A stretch of DNA of 63,485 bases, filler included, from Reticulomyxa filosa (Eukaryota; Protista; Foraminifera), in the NCBI GenBank assembly GCA_000512085.1. It is 11 parts of 11 records of this genome, joined end to end, with 100 filler letters (N's around TTAATTAATTAA, not from the genome) between each part and the next. Parts side by side here need not be neighbours in the genome. Positions count along the whole stretch, not along the records: positions 1 to 15,176 come from ASPP01021695.1; positions 15,277 to 19,585 come from ASPP01003864.1; positions 19,686 to 22,203 come from ASPP01000395.1; positions 22,304 to 26,677 come from ASPP01026120.1; 7 more parts are not named here. The stretch is one strand, 5' to 3'. The notes below the pieces were generated by a model, which ran no database searches, was not told the DNA's origin, and saw only the letters and a program-made list of their open reading frames with translations. The translations under genes were made by a program, and so were the position numbers. This document shows, piece by piece, positions 13,553 through 25,628 of this stretch; position 1 is the first letter of the stretch, and the number at the start of each line of letters is the position of its first letter.

Positions 13553-15100
13553 GGTATGATCTTGGACAGAAGAAGGAGGGAGACCCTCAGGCTGTTTCTG
13601 AATGTATTCTACACATCGAGCAAAATGTTCATGGTACATCAGCTTTCCTGGAATGGTGACGTAATGTGTGGTGCGTTGCAATGCCATTTGGACTTTTGCA
13701 TTTTGTTGATAATCGCGATTTTGGCGAGAGCTGACACACGAACTAACGACTCGACAGCACCCTTCCAAGTGCTTTTTCCACATCAAAAGCTTGTCTGCAA
13801 AGTATTGAATACGCTCTGTGACTTGCTTGGTCTTGGACTCGTTGGACAGATGGTCGCTTTGCTCTTGGTCGACAAAGCGAGCAAAATCACTTTGATATCT
13901 TTCCTCGTAAAATTTGTATACAAACAAGGCCAACTTGTCCGAACTCCAACGATTGTTCGAGCTGAACTTGAAAGACCAAATGAACCTCATGTACTGAATG
14001 GTGAGCTTAATGTCGTCCAGGGAGTCTCCATTTAAGACCAAGTGCAACGTTTCGTCGACGACGTCCAAGATCTCGTGCAAAAATCCCAGCACGGTGTTGT
14101 CCGTAATCAGACTGTCCAGCAATCGAGTTAGGTTTTGCAACTCCTGTGCCCTTTCGGATATTATCGACGAGCCCGTCACAATCTTATTCAAATTTATCAA
14201 CTGCTGCAATCCACTCTTTTGCAAATTTTCCATAAGCAAGTGTATTCGTTTCAATTCGCCATCAATTGCGATCATATTCTGTTTCATCATTTGTATTATC
14301 TCTTGGGTGTTGTTATTAATACCATTATTATTATTATTACCATTGTTATTATTATTATTATTATTGTTACTGCTATTCTCAGTGTTGGATGTTTTATTCA
14401 ATTGTGAAGTGCTAAAGTCTTTTAGCCATTTTTGGCACTGATAAAGCAGATTGACAGGACTCTTCTTATTGCAAGTTATCCAAGACACGTATTCGTAGTA
14501 ACGCGATTGTAATTCGGTTAAGGTCGCCTGTGAGGAAACCAGGACTAACCTGCGAATGAGATAAAAGGCACATTCGACGCCATTGACCATGGACGAAAAT
14601 AGATAAGGAGCCCAATCCACGAAAGTATGGCTTGGCAGATGCTGAACCAATTTCATAATTTCGGGAGGAGAGTAATAGGGCAATAATAGCAAAATGCGGG
14701 GAACGACAAAATGATGTAATTCATTGTCGTTCAACTCGTTATTATTTAAGCCTACAAAATTTTTCATATCCACACCGGTATTCGGCAATGGATTTGCATT
14801 TGTGTTTGAGGTATTGGTATTTGCATTTGCGCTTGTATTGATATTGATATTGGTATTGGTATTGGTATTGGCATTGATATCTTTTGCACCAATGTCGTGG
14901 AACGAAGTGACATTCATTGTATCGATATTGTTTTCTTTGATCCCTCCAAGCAAAGATTGCAAGTAATTTATCATTGCCCACGTTAGCCATTGTTGTCCAT
15001 GGGATGATATCTGAATGTCACCATCTTTGTTCGCGGCGTTGCTCAAGTGATAATAAAATAGCTTTTCACAATACTCTCCCCACTCAAACCATGCCTAACA
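11870..15100 (-). CDS. TRRAP: TRRAP/Tra1-like PIKK pseudokinase, C-terminal ~1060 aa (5' part lost at contig end)
   Basis: PIKK-type RRPKKVSFLATDGHIY, EHRLRIVMKQFNRIFLKHPQTRKRF and FPIRLTPNL; FATC-like end VHILIQSLSSLDAYCQMPPSWNPLF*. No DRH/DFG motifs, as expected for TRRAP. Contains Asn-run insertions. Confidence 0.8.
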
Positions 15101-15140
15101 TATCCACATAGCATGTTAAATACGATATTGTGCATGTGAA

Positions 15141-15171
<31 letters not shown>

Positions 15172-15176
15172 GTACA

Positions 15177-15276
15177 NNNNNNNNNNNNNNNNNNNNNNNN
15201 NNNNNNNNNNNNNNNNNNNNTTAATTAATTAANNNNNNNNNNNNNNNNNNNNNNNNNNNNNNNNNNNNNNNNNNNN
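15177..15276. other. Artificial contig spacer N44-TTAATTAATTAA-N44 (also at 19586-19685, 22204-22303, 26678-26777, 36548-36647, 44889-44988, 50496-50595, 54058-54157, 59541-59640, 61852-61951)
   Basis: Ten identical 100-nt blocks; the palindromic core places stop codons in all six frames. Confidence 0.99.
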
Positions 15277-15319
15277 TTTTTTTTTTTTTAATTATAGTGC
15301 ATGCTTATGTGTTGTAACA

Positions 15320-15790
15320 AAGGCATACATTCGTGTGGTCGCTCCTAAAGGGAGTCCAAATACTGGGAAAGCGGCGGTGCATTTTATTAGATGGGCGGAG
15401 CGTTGGGATGAATGGATCCCCATTGGTGAATACGAGAGGTTTGCATTGAGACACGCTCATTCGAAAGGGAAACCGTATCGTCCTCAACAAGGCAAAAAGA
15501 TGGCAACGGGGAATGACTATTCGGGAGAATCATCTTGGTTTCGAGGAGGACATGAAAAAGGAAAACCGGAGCAAAAAGGAGTCGTCGGACTTTGTAATTT
15601 GGGGAACACTTGTTTTATGAACTCCACCATTCAATCCCCTTATTTGGCCCATTATTTTCTAAATGGTAATTTTGTCCATCATATCAACAAAAAATAATCC
15701 ATTGTGATGGAAGGGAAAAGTTGCTCAAGCATGGTTAGCTTCAAGGGATTTTAAAGTTGCTATTGGAGAAGCTGCACCGTTGGAAAAGCA
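15320..15790 (+). pseudogene. Ubiquitin-specific protease (USP/C19) pseudogene fragment with an upstream chromo-barrel/Tudor-knot-like motif
   Basis: Cys box [19 protein letters not shown] preceded by [15 protein letters not shown]. Followed by a frameshift, NNPL*WKGKVAQAW with an in-frame TGA, a deletion to RDFKVAIGEAAP, and no His box. Confidence 0.8.
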
Positions 15791-16541
15791 TGTTAGACCT
15801 GCTTGTTCTAGAGTCTATCTATACTCACTTGTTTTGGAATATCATTTTATTACCTTCATATATTATCATCTTTACAAAATTGTGGTCCTTTTTTTGTGTC
15901 AGTACATACACTTTTTTCAAAAAAAAAAGGTTGGAAATGAAACGTCAAATAATTAACTTCAAAAAAATTGAAAGAGTTTTTGAAAAAGACGCTTCAGCTG
16001 TTTTTATTCGCAACTTATTTACTTTTACTCTCTACTTCGTAATAATTACTCCTGACCGGTATGATGCTAGTTGGTCACTACAATCGTCGGTCTTTGTGTA
16101 ATGGTTCTGTTATATTGCTGTCTTTGGCGTCAAACACAGGTTTTGCAAAAGCAGTTTTCTGTTGGCATCTAATCGGGTGTAAGTACAAATAATTAGTCTC
16201 TTTTTTCGCTTTGTAACATTTTTTAATTTTTTAAATATTTCAATTTAATTCAAAAAAGTACTGCCTTAATTTGGTAGTTAAGCAATGCACAATAATCCAA
16301 CAAGCAAACTGTACATACCTGTTTAAAACTGTATTTGCGCAGAGAATGAATACTGTATCATATTGTACACTTGTACGGTTCAATTTTAATAATAGCTTAT
16401 CTTATCGTATTATTACAAAGGGAGTTGATTAACAACAGTCCAAGTTAAGGATTTAGTACAAAAGAAGTTTGCAAAATTGTTCGTTCAAGTTTCCCAGTTT
16501 TTTAAAAAATATTTTAACAAATAACAATAAGCAAACACAAC

Positions 16542-17175
16542 ATGCTTCTTTGGTTTATCTTATCACCACCAATATATTTGTTGAGCTTATGCGAAGGATA
16601 TTTGCTGCTAATACTGGAACAAGTATTTTTTTGGCTGCCAGTCATTCGAACGGGAGAAGTGTTGAGAGGGAAGAAAGCTCAATTGTACGAAAATTACATA
16701 AGTTTTTGGTTTTTATTTGGGCTGTTGATATCCATTGAGTTCATTACATGCAAATTGCTATTTTCCATTCCGTTTTATTCAGTTTTACGTTTGATACTAG
16801 TAATATGGGCCCAATTGGACAATTGCAGTAAAAGTGTTGCTTGTGTTCATTTTCTTACGCCCTTGCTTGAACAAAATGGAAGATTGATTGACACTGCTTT
16901 TGAAACGGTTTGTTGTATAATCTTTTTTTTTGATTATTCGAAATGATGCTTGTCTCAAGTAGTCATTACAAGTGTATTCTTTTTTATTTCAAGAGTGTTG
17001 AGTAATTTGAGTTTGTATTTTGGAAAAGGTTGACCGAACGATCAAAAATGCGGTTAATACAGTAGCAACTACAGCGAAAGGAATAACCGAAAAATTACTT
17101 TTGCAACGTAGAGAAAAATTGCATAAGATTACTGCTGGTGCTGACGCAAGCAAAGAAAAAGATAAATTTCAATAG
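16542..17175 (+). CDS. TB2/DP1/HVA22 (REEP/Yop1) family ER-shaping protein; intron 16908-17028
   Basis: YISFWFLFGLLISIE...LLFSIPFYSVLRLILVIWAQ matches the family pattern. The phase-0 splice leads to VDRTIKNAV...KDKFQ*. Confidence 0.75.
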
Positions 17176-17960
17176 ACTCAAATCATTTATTCAAAGAAAA
17201 AACAAATAAAAAAACAGAGAGAGGAAAAACAAATACTTACATAGTTGAACCATCTTTGAAATTTGTTTCGGCTATTTTGTTTTTTTGGTATGTCAGCTGA
17301 AAAAGATTAAAATCTTGCTTGAGCACAACTACAAATTTTTTCTTCTATATAATGAGATTTATTTTCATTGGTGAAAGCTTGTTTCTTTCGCCTTTATTAG
17401 GTAATCTTGATACGTTACTTCTCACTTGCGTTTCACTTAGATGAAAACGGATCTTTCTTGCAATTTTTGGTTGGGATTGTTGAAGCACAAAGTAATTAAA
17501 GTTGAATGTCTATCTGAAATACTAAACCTTTGACAAGATTAACGTTTCTTTAGAAAACACAAGAACCAATAATTGACTATGATATTTGAATTTGGAAAAA
17601 ATTTTTAAATGATTGACCCAATTTTGAGATCCTCTAGAAATTACTTGATTGCAAAATGATTATTTGGAATAGTTGGCTGCAAAAAGGACACGAGCCGAGC
17701 CAAAAAGGTCTGAAGAGCACAAAGAATTTGAAATGTCAAAGAAAGGGAAAAAAGGCCTAACTAATTATTTTTAAAAAAAATTGCACAAAAAAAAAAGAAA
17801 GACACTCGCACACAATTGAAAGTGACATTACATTTAATAAAATTAATCAATTTCAAAAAAAAAATTACACCTTCAACAAACAACCAAACAAACAATCAAA
17901 CAAGCAAGCAAAAAAAAAAAAACAAACAAATAAAAGCAAAAAATAAAACGTTCCTTTGCT

Positions 17961-19515
17961 TCACGTTTGCTGATAATTTAAATTGGGTTGTGTAGGATTA
18001 GTAGTATTGGTGTCATTTGCTACGGTGCTATAGTTTGCATTATTCAATACTCCTGTCCCTGGGCTAACCTTTCCTGACCACAAGGGTGAGTATAAAGTTG
18101 GAGGTATCACACCAAACGTTGATGGATAACCTGTCAGCAAATTAGGATCGGGATTACTGCCTGTTTGTTGTTGAGATAATCTTATTTGTAGAGAAAAAAA
18201 TAAAACATAATAAGCAATAAAAAGGGGCAAGAACAAAACTAGCTGACGGTAGGCTCACGAGTGTTGGGTTGGGAAGAATAAAAACAGGAGCTGTTGGTTG
18301 TAGTGTGGAATTTGCTATTAGCTGTGGGTTCATATTTCGTGGATCAGTTTGCTGACTTGTCTCGGACTTTTTTTTGATTTGTTTGGGAAAAAATAGATAC
18401 ATGGTTACAACCATTACAAAAAAAAAAAAAAACAAACAATAAACAAGAAAGACAAAGAAAAAATAGTACACACTTGCTTCGATCTCAAAAGTTGAACGAG
18501 TGTTTCACAGTGGCGATCCAATTCATCAGAATTAATGAGCAAATTTCGGATATAAGTTTCATCTCCTTCGCTCATTGTCAGAATCATTCCAGTTAGTTTG
18601 GCAACATACTGAGGATATTTCCACTTGATGCGTTGATACAATTGATCACCAAGTTTCTTTGGTTGCAAAACAAAAAGTAAATGAGATAACACATTTTCCA
18701 ATGGCATTAAAAATGGATGTTCACATTTTTTTATTATTGCCCAAAATAGATGACATACCTGTTGTTTAGGAGTATAGACGCGCCTCGGAAGTGCATTTGG
18801 TTGGTGTTTAGGCTTTGTTGTGACAACCGGCTGTTGATTTAATGTGGTCGGCATCGTCGATACCGTTGGATTCTGCAGCGTGGTAGTCAATTTAGGGACA
18901 GTCGCGATTGGGTTGGAATTGGAGTTCGTGTTGGCATTGGTGTTAACAAGTTGTATTGGGACCGAAGTGCTCTACAAAAGATAAGGAAGAGAGGAGTTCA
19001 ACCAAAAATAGTGTTTAACTTATCGTCATCACTAGAAAGATATATACATAAATACATATGTATATGTGTATGTGTATACGTTTCATAAAAGTAAAATACC
19101 AGCGGAACATTGAGTGTATTCCACATGGAAGTCGGATAAGTCCATTCGAACGTGGTGGGATTGGTGGGATTGGTGGGATTGAACAAAGGCGGCGTTGCAG
19201 ACAGCGTCGGCAGTGGATTAGCAGAAGGGCTTCCAGTCAATACAAATGGGTTGGCAAACGCGGTTGGAGAGTAATTGACTGGCATGTTTTTATTAAAGTA
19301 GGTGGTTTGAGGGACGACTACCGGAGTTGGGTTGGCTTGATTTGCGACACTGGTATTGGACGAACCGCCTACATTCATCGTCGATAGTGCACTTCCATTT
19401 TCCATTTCCGTTTCGATCCTAACCTCCTCGCCTGCATAATGTTGTGTTTGGCTCTGGCCTTGATTTAGACTTGAGTTTAGATTTGAATTTTGACTTTGAT
19501 ATCTTCCGCTCTAGG
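17961..19515 (-). CDS. Low-complexity (P/T/N/Q) protein with an MLLE/PABC domain; multi-exon, 5' truncated
   Basis: KLGDQLYQRIKWKYPQYVAKLTGMILTMS...IRNLLINSDELDRHCETLVQLL (about 18480-18657) resembles LGERLFPLI....AGKITGMLLE....LL...E.L...V.EAV.VL. Confidence 0.7.
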
Positions 19516-19554
19516 TGTTGCCAGTATGTACGTGAAACATATATATATATATAT

Positions 19555-19585
<31 letters not shown>

Positions 19586-20535
19586 NNNNNNNNNNNNNNN
19601 NNNNNNNNNNNNNNNNNNNNNNNNNNNNNTTAATTAATTAANNNNNNNNNNNNNNNNNNNNNNNNNNNNNNNNNNNNNNNNNNNNCTGTGTTCAAGTTTG
19701 AGTGAGGTGCTTGTTTTACAATATTTTGCCTTGTTGTCAATTCAACAATTACACTAAAAAAAAAATTAATAAAATGAGCACCTAGTCCCAAAAGGAACAC
19801 AGTACTCTAATAAAAACAAATAAAAAAAAGGAAAAGATCAACATATCAAAAACTCACACACAATCAACAAGTGAAAAAAAATAAATTAAGTTTTAATTTA
19901 ATCTTTAAAATATCAACAAAAAAAACAAATAAAATCTCAAAGGTTGTACGTCGAGATCAATCAACGGTTATGAAAACAAATTTGGCTCTTTCCTGTAGAA
20001 TGGTCAGGGAGCAATGCTATTTGTTGAGGTCTCAGGGAAATATTTAGATTCAATTCACCTCTTTTAATAAATCAAAGCAAACTAAAACAAAAAATAAAAT
20101 TTAAACACTTATTATTAAAGAAAAGCATGTGAATGTTGTTGATATTACCATTTCGGCTTATTTAATAAAAAAGTGACTCAATTTTGTTCGCCATTCTTTC
20201 TTGTTAATCGACTGTTCATTTTCGGTGTTGTTATCTTGTATATATCTGATCTCGCGCAAAATGCAATATCAGATATCTGAAATTTTTCAACTAGTAAAAA
20301 GATTTTTTATCACGATAAAAAAAAATTCTTTATTTAGTAGTTTGATAGTATTTTCTTTGTTTCTGTTTTTGCCACAATCTTGTGACGACGAAAATTGTTT
20401 TTAATAATCGAAGATTAACTTCGAACTTCTTTCAGATACTCTAGATGTAGTAGTATCTAGTTGTTCTGTGCTTGTTTTCCTTCAAAATACAACTTTTTTT
20501 TCAAAAGTTTATCTCAATGATGAAGTATTTTTTTT

Positions 20536-21100
20536 TTGAAGAATGTAGGACAGCATATTATTGATCCTCTCGTGCTATTATTCGATTGGAGTTTCAAGAT
20601 TAGTTATTTTCCTAAAATGTGGAGGTTGTACCAATTCCAAAGCTGGATCGTGATCACAGTATGTGCAAAAACTATAGATACATTGCAATCCTTTCTGGAG
20701 TTGGAAAGCTGTTGGCTTCTAAATGAACATTATCTCTTGCACCAGTTTCAAGCGGGATTTCAATCTTGGCATAACACATTCGAATTACTCTTGCGATTAA
20801 CGGAGTCAATTTATGCTTCATTTGACGAGAACTCAGTCACCTACGCAGTGTTGCTGGACAATTCTTCGGCATACGATAGTGTGTGGAGAGATTGTCTGAG
20901 ATACAAGATGCGACGAGAATTCAACATCAAAGTCAAGTATCCGAAGATGAAACTATATCTCAATCACTCTAAAGTAAAAGAGAATGATCATATCAAATAC
21001 TTAGGGCTCATCATCGACTCCAAACTTACGTATCGACAACATATCAACTACGTATACGGAAAAGCAGCGAAACCAGAACCAGAACTTGGTGGAGTAAGAT
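20536..21100 (+). mobile_element. Degenerate non-LTR retrotransposon (LINE) reverse transcriptase fragment
   Basis: LLFDWSFKISYFPKMW, PIPKLDRDHSMCKNYRYIAILSGVGKLL (other frame), QAGFQSWHNT, AVLLDNSSAYDSVW and IKYLGLIIDSKLTYRQHI. The YADD-containing core is deleted. Confidence 0.88.
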
Positions 21101-22132
21101 TAGCATACAAGATTCGACATTATACAACTGGAAAGAGTTGGAGTTTCCTATTAAAGGATTAACAACTACTATAAAAAAAAATTTTTTATTTAAAAATTTT
21201 CTTTCTTTCTTGGTCCGAAAATCTTGCTGAACTTTCTTGGGCTAGACGACGTTGTAAACTCTTTACTTGACTTTCAAAATCTCCTTCAAAACTTAAGAGA
21301 TACCGGAATATCTTGACGCTTCCAAGCACAATCTCTTTCAAAATACAACTTTTTAATGAAAGAAATATTAAAATATTTTTGTTTGTTGTTATTTTTTTTC
21401 ATTACATTTCTTTGTTATTAAACCTTTATTTTTGCTTTTATTATTTGTCTTTTTGGTTGGTTTAAGTGATATTGCATGAATATGTTCAATGTTGTATTTA
21501 TTGATTACTTTGTAATTTTATTGCTGTATTTCGTGTAAGTTATTTGCTTGGTTACGATGTTTTTTCCTTTCGTTTTTTGGAATTTCAATACTACAATATT
21601 CTGCAGCTAAAAAAAAAGATTGCATAATGTTAAAGAGTAATGAAATAACTTGTAGAAAATGGCAGAATTCGATTAACCTGAGTTCAAGACCTCGAACCTG
21701 CAAAGTTTGGTCTGAGACAACACGTTTGAACCTGATACAAGAATAAGGAACTTTCAAAGTTCGTTTAGCAACTGGAAGGAAATTTGAAGCTGTTTCATTC
21801 AATTTGAAGCTTTTTGAACATCTTTTTAATTTGTTTGTTATCGATCAATTGTAATTATGTTTTATGTTTTTCCTTAGATTTGTGCAATGGCCTAGCTTGC
21901 ACTTTCGGAGTAGAGGAGTTTGCTGTTATTCCGTTTTTATTCTTTCTCTTTCTATTCTTCTTTGATTGATATGCTTATTTGCTTGACTGCTTCACTATTA
22001 TTGTCATGCTTTAATTTGAAACAATTTCGGCATTGCTTGAAATGATACTTGGATCTTGATTTATTCATCTCCAAATTGTCATTACTTTTGTTATTTGCTT
22101 TACTTGGTAATTTTTCACCTAAGTTTCCAATA

Positions 22133-22203
22133 CAGTAGATTGCAAAAAAAACTGCCATACCTAAATGGCACTATATGAAGAGAATCGATTTTCTCCATAA
22201 AAA
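22133..22203 (+). mobile_element. TA|CAGTAG transposon-end repeat (copy 2, at contig end)
   Basis: cagtagattgcaaaaaaaactgccatacctaaatggcactatatgaagagaatcgattttctccat matches copies 1 and 3. Confidence 0.7.
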
Positions 22204-23648
22204 NNNNNNNNNNNNNNNNNNNNNNNNNNNNNNNNNNNNNNNNNNNNTTAATTAATTAANNNNNNNNNNNNNNNNNNNNNNNNNNNNNNNNNNNNNNNNN
22301 NNNGCGTCATTTGGGAGAGTGGCTTGAAAAGAGTACTCATATATGCAACGCCAGCCCGTAAACTCCAAACCTCAGCCAGAAAAGGGAAAAGTTACGACAT
22401 CCAACTCCATAACTTTTGTATAAAAGAAATTTGTAATTTGCAATTTTAATTAACATATTTGATCAAAATAACTTGTTTTTAGTAAATATATTTTGTCAAT
22501 ACAACTTGATAATATTTTTTATGGCAACAAAAAAAAAAAAAAGTTCTAGACTAAAAAAAGGTTTTCTTTAATAATATCTAAAACTTTCAACATTTCAACA
22601 AACCTTTAAATGAAAATACTATCACATTCTTGCTCCTTGCCATCTATGGAATTCTACATTTTAGGTTTTGGCTTACGACGTTGTCGCAAAGGAAGCACTG
22701 TACAAGACCTCCTGAAGTTAAGTTTTAATATTGCCCAATTTTTTTTTTGTTCATATTTTTTCATTGCGAAATAAAAACAAAATGAAGTATTTCAAGATGG
22801 AGCAAAAAGGAAAGTTGAAACACAATATGGTGCAGAAAGTGGCACTTAGTGCGTCAGGATTGTTTTTCGTCATCAAAGTTCACTGTCAACTAAAAGTGAT
22901 ATTATTTTCTTCTCATTGACATTCACAAACTATTACATCTGTGGACTCTCGCTTACGTCTTGGATTTTATGGGAACTTTTAGACAAACAATTAATATTTT
23001 AGTTGGTGGCAGGTAAAGTTTATATGATTTTTTTTATAATCTACGTGCACATATACTGAAAATCAAAATATATTAAAAACATTTAGAAAAGATATACGTG
23101 GCACTTATATGTTGAAGTATATGTGCGAATCAAGAAATAAAGTTCTGAAAAGAGTACAAGTTACCACAGCTACGCAATATGCATTCTGCAATAAATTATT
23201 TTTTTTCATCAACGGTTAGTACAATAATTATTGCAGCTGCTATACTGCAAAAGGTTTCGTACAAAGTATAATACAAATTTTCGCTTTGCAATTTCAACAA
23301 AAAACAGAACACAAAGAAATTAAAGAAAGTAAAAACTAAAACTTGAGATAAAACTTCATTTTGCCGTTACCATGGCCTTGCATTAAAAATATAAATACTT
23401 TTTTTCAAATGATATATTTTTGATTTGAGAGAAAAAGATGCGAAATGAATTAGACAGTAAATCTCTGTCACGTCCACACACTATTGTAGCCTATTTTAAA
23501 AAAAGTTTCAAAAGTACGGTTCTTTTTTCAAGAAAAAGGGGACGCAGGGGAGGGGGACTACGCAGCTTTCAAAAATTTTGAAGGGTAGAATTAATAAAGG
23601 AAAAGTGCAAGAAAAGTGTGAAATTTCTCTCCCTTTAAAGCGTTGAAA

Positions 23649-25388
23649 ATGACTTCTAAATTTGCCTCGAACCTGCTAACAACAAAAATGTTTACGGAAG
23701 TGGAATTGACCAGTGTATATACTCACTACAGTCTGGAACAGGTGTTGGCCAAACGTTCGCCGTGTTTGAATATACGAATAGGTTTGAATGAGAGTGTGTA
23801 TATTTTTAAAATAATAATAATTATTATTATTATTATTTGAGGCAGAATACGTGCAACATAAATTTTTTTTGCACCACTGAAAAAAAAAAAAAGCATGGGA
23901 CGGAGGAGACTCAGAGAGATGGACGCAATCGATATTCGGCAAGTGTTTGTGCAAAGCGAGTGTCGATAGTGACATAATCGAGTCTTTGGGGATATATCTG
24001 TCTCAAGAAGACGACGACGACGACGACGACGACAATAACAACATCTTTACGTGGTTGAACGAGTGTGAAAAGAGGAGTGAGTTTGGGAAAACGTGCGGCA
24101 TGTGCGAGTATACATAACCCGCGGTTTGCTACATGCATTTATCGCACATAGCAATAATAAGAGACAAAAGATAAGAATGAAAAAGAATAACAATGAGAAT
24201 GAGAATAAGAATGAGAATAAGAGTGAGAATGAGGAGAAAGAATTGACAAAAGAAAAAGAAGAAGTGCAAGACTTTGCATTGATAGAATATTTGAAACGAC
24301 ATAAAGAGATTGAATACGTAACGATTGACAACCAACTGAGAATGACAGAAATAACAGGAAATACATGGACGAGCGTGGCAGCATTAGTGTCGCAAGTGCG
24401 TCAGTATTTCCAAGGCAAGAAATTGAAGGGCTTAGGATATTTGGAGAGCCGGTATCTGGCACAGCCGCACATACAGCACGTGGTGGACATTGACGCGCAT
24501 CTGCAGACCGTGTTGCGTCAGTGGATATGGGAACATAAGCATAACTTGGAGTGTCTAGTTTTTTCTCAAGACTCGCCATTCCCTCCAAAGTTTATTTTCA
24601 AAGAGATGCTTTTCGAGTCATTGATATCATCATCATCATCATTATCATCATTTGTTAAGGATAACAATGTGATTGTGAATTTTCCAAAGTTGCAACTACT
24701 TCAGTTTCATGACGTCCATATATCTGACTCCATGTTTATTCCATTTGACTCCACATTCAAAGACAATGTAATGAGTGACACCAACTTTACTCAGTTTTTG
24801 GAGTTTGTAAAACATAGTCGGTCATTTTGTGCTTTGCATTTGGACTTGCCCACGCTGTTCATCATTCAGTATCACAAACAACTGTTCCTCGATTTTCTGA
24901 TGCAAAATGAAGACAACTTCTTGCAGTATCTCAGCGTAGCTATTCCCAATAACCCCGAACTCACCGACTATCTTTTGAAGAAACAATTGAGTCCTTTTAT
25001 ACTTTGCTATTCTCGTCACTTGACTACTCTCACTATTCACTTCACTGGACCCTCCACCATTCCCGTCTATGCCTCCAGCATCCCTTTTGCTAATGTCACC
25101 ATGCACATCATCGACAAACTCTTCGACTGCGAACAGGACGTCAATGAAATCGTTCAGGTACTTAATGATCGCTTTCAACCCTTCCCTTTGGAGGTCGTCG
25201 AACACATTTACTTGTTCATGTACCCTTTGGATCAAGACTTTCATCTCCGTCTCGTTGGACTCCCTCTTGCTTGGGCTTCTGGCATTCTGCAACAATTCAA
25301 TTTCGAATACCAGAAAATCAAACAAAAAATTGAAACGCGCTTTGGCAGACTTTTGGTTCGTAGAACTATTCGATTGACATTTCTTTGA
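23649..25388 (+). CDS. Hypothetical protein (long 3' exon 24093-25388; 5' structure uncertain)
   Basis: 431-codon ORF of ordinary composition with LRR-like pieces (FPKLQLLQF, SRHLTTLTI), plus a short upstream ATG exon at 23649. Confidence 0.6.
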
Positions 25389-25628
25389 TTTTTTTTTTTT
25401 TTTAGCTTGTGTCACATTATTGTTTGTAAACTGTCTTCCTACTAATTTCCGTCAATTTAGTTTACAATTTTTTTTTTTTTCAAAATTATTGTTGTAAGAC
25501 ATTCACATTTGTTTCGTTCTCTTTGTATTCTCATGCTATTGTTCAATATTTTAAAAACATTGCAGTACTTTTTTTAAAAAAAAATTAAGGGTTTACGCTT
25601 TTTCAAAAAAAAAAAAAAAGATCAGATC

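Noticed and set aside
21500-22130. Short minus-strand ORFs that look like pseudogene debris (similar debris at 49850-50130 and 62560-62830)
   Set aside because: No motif that I can assign.
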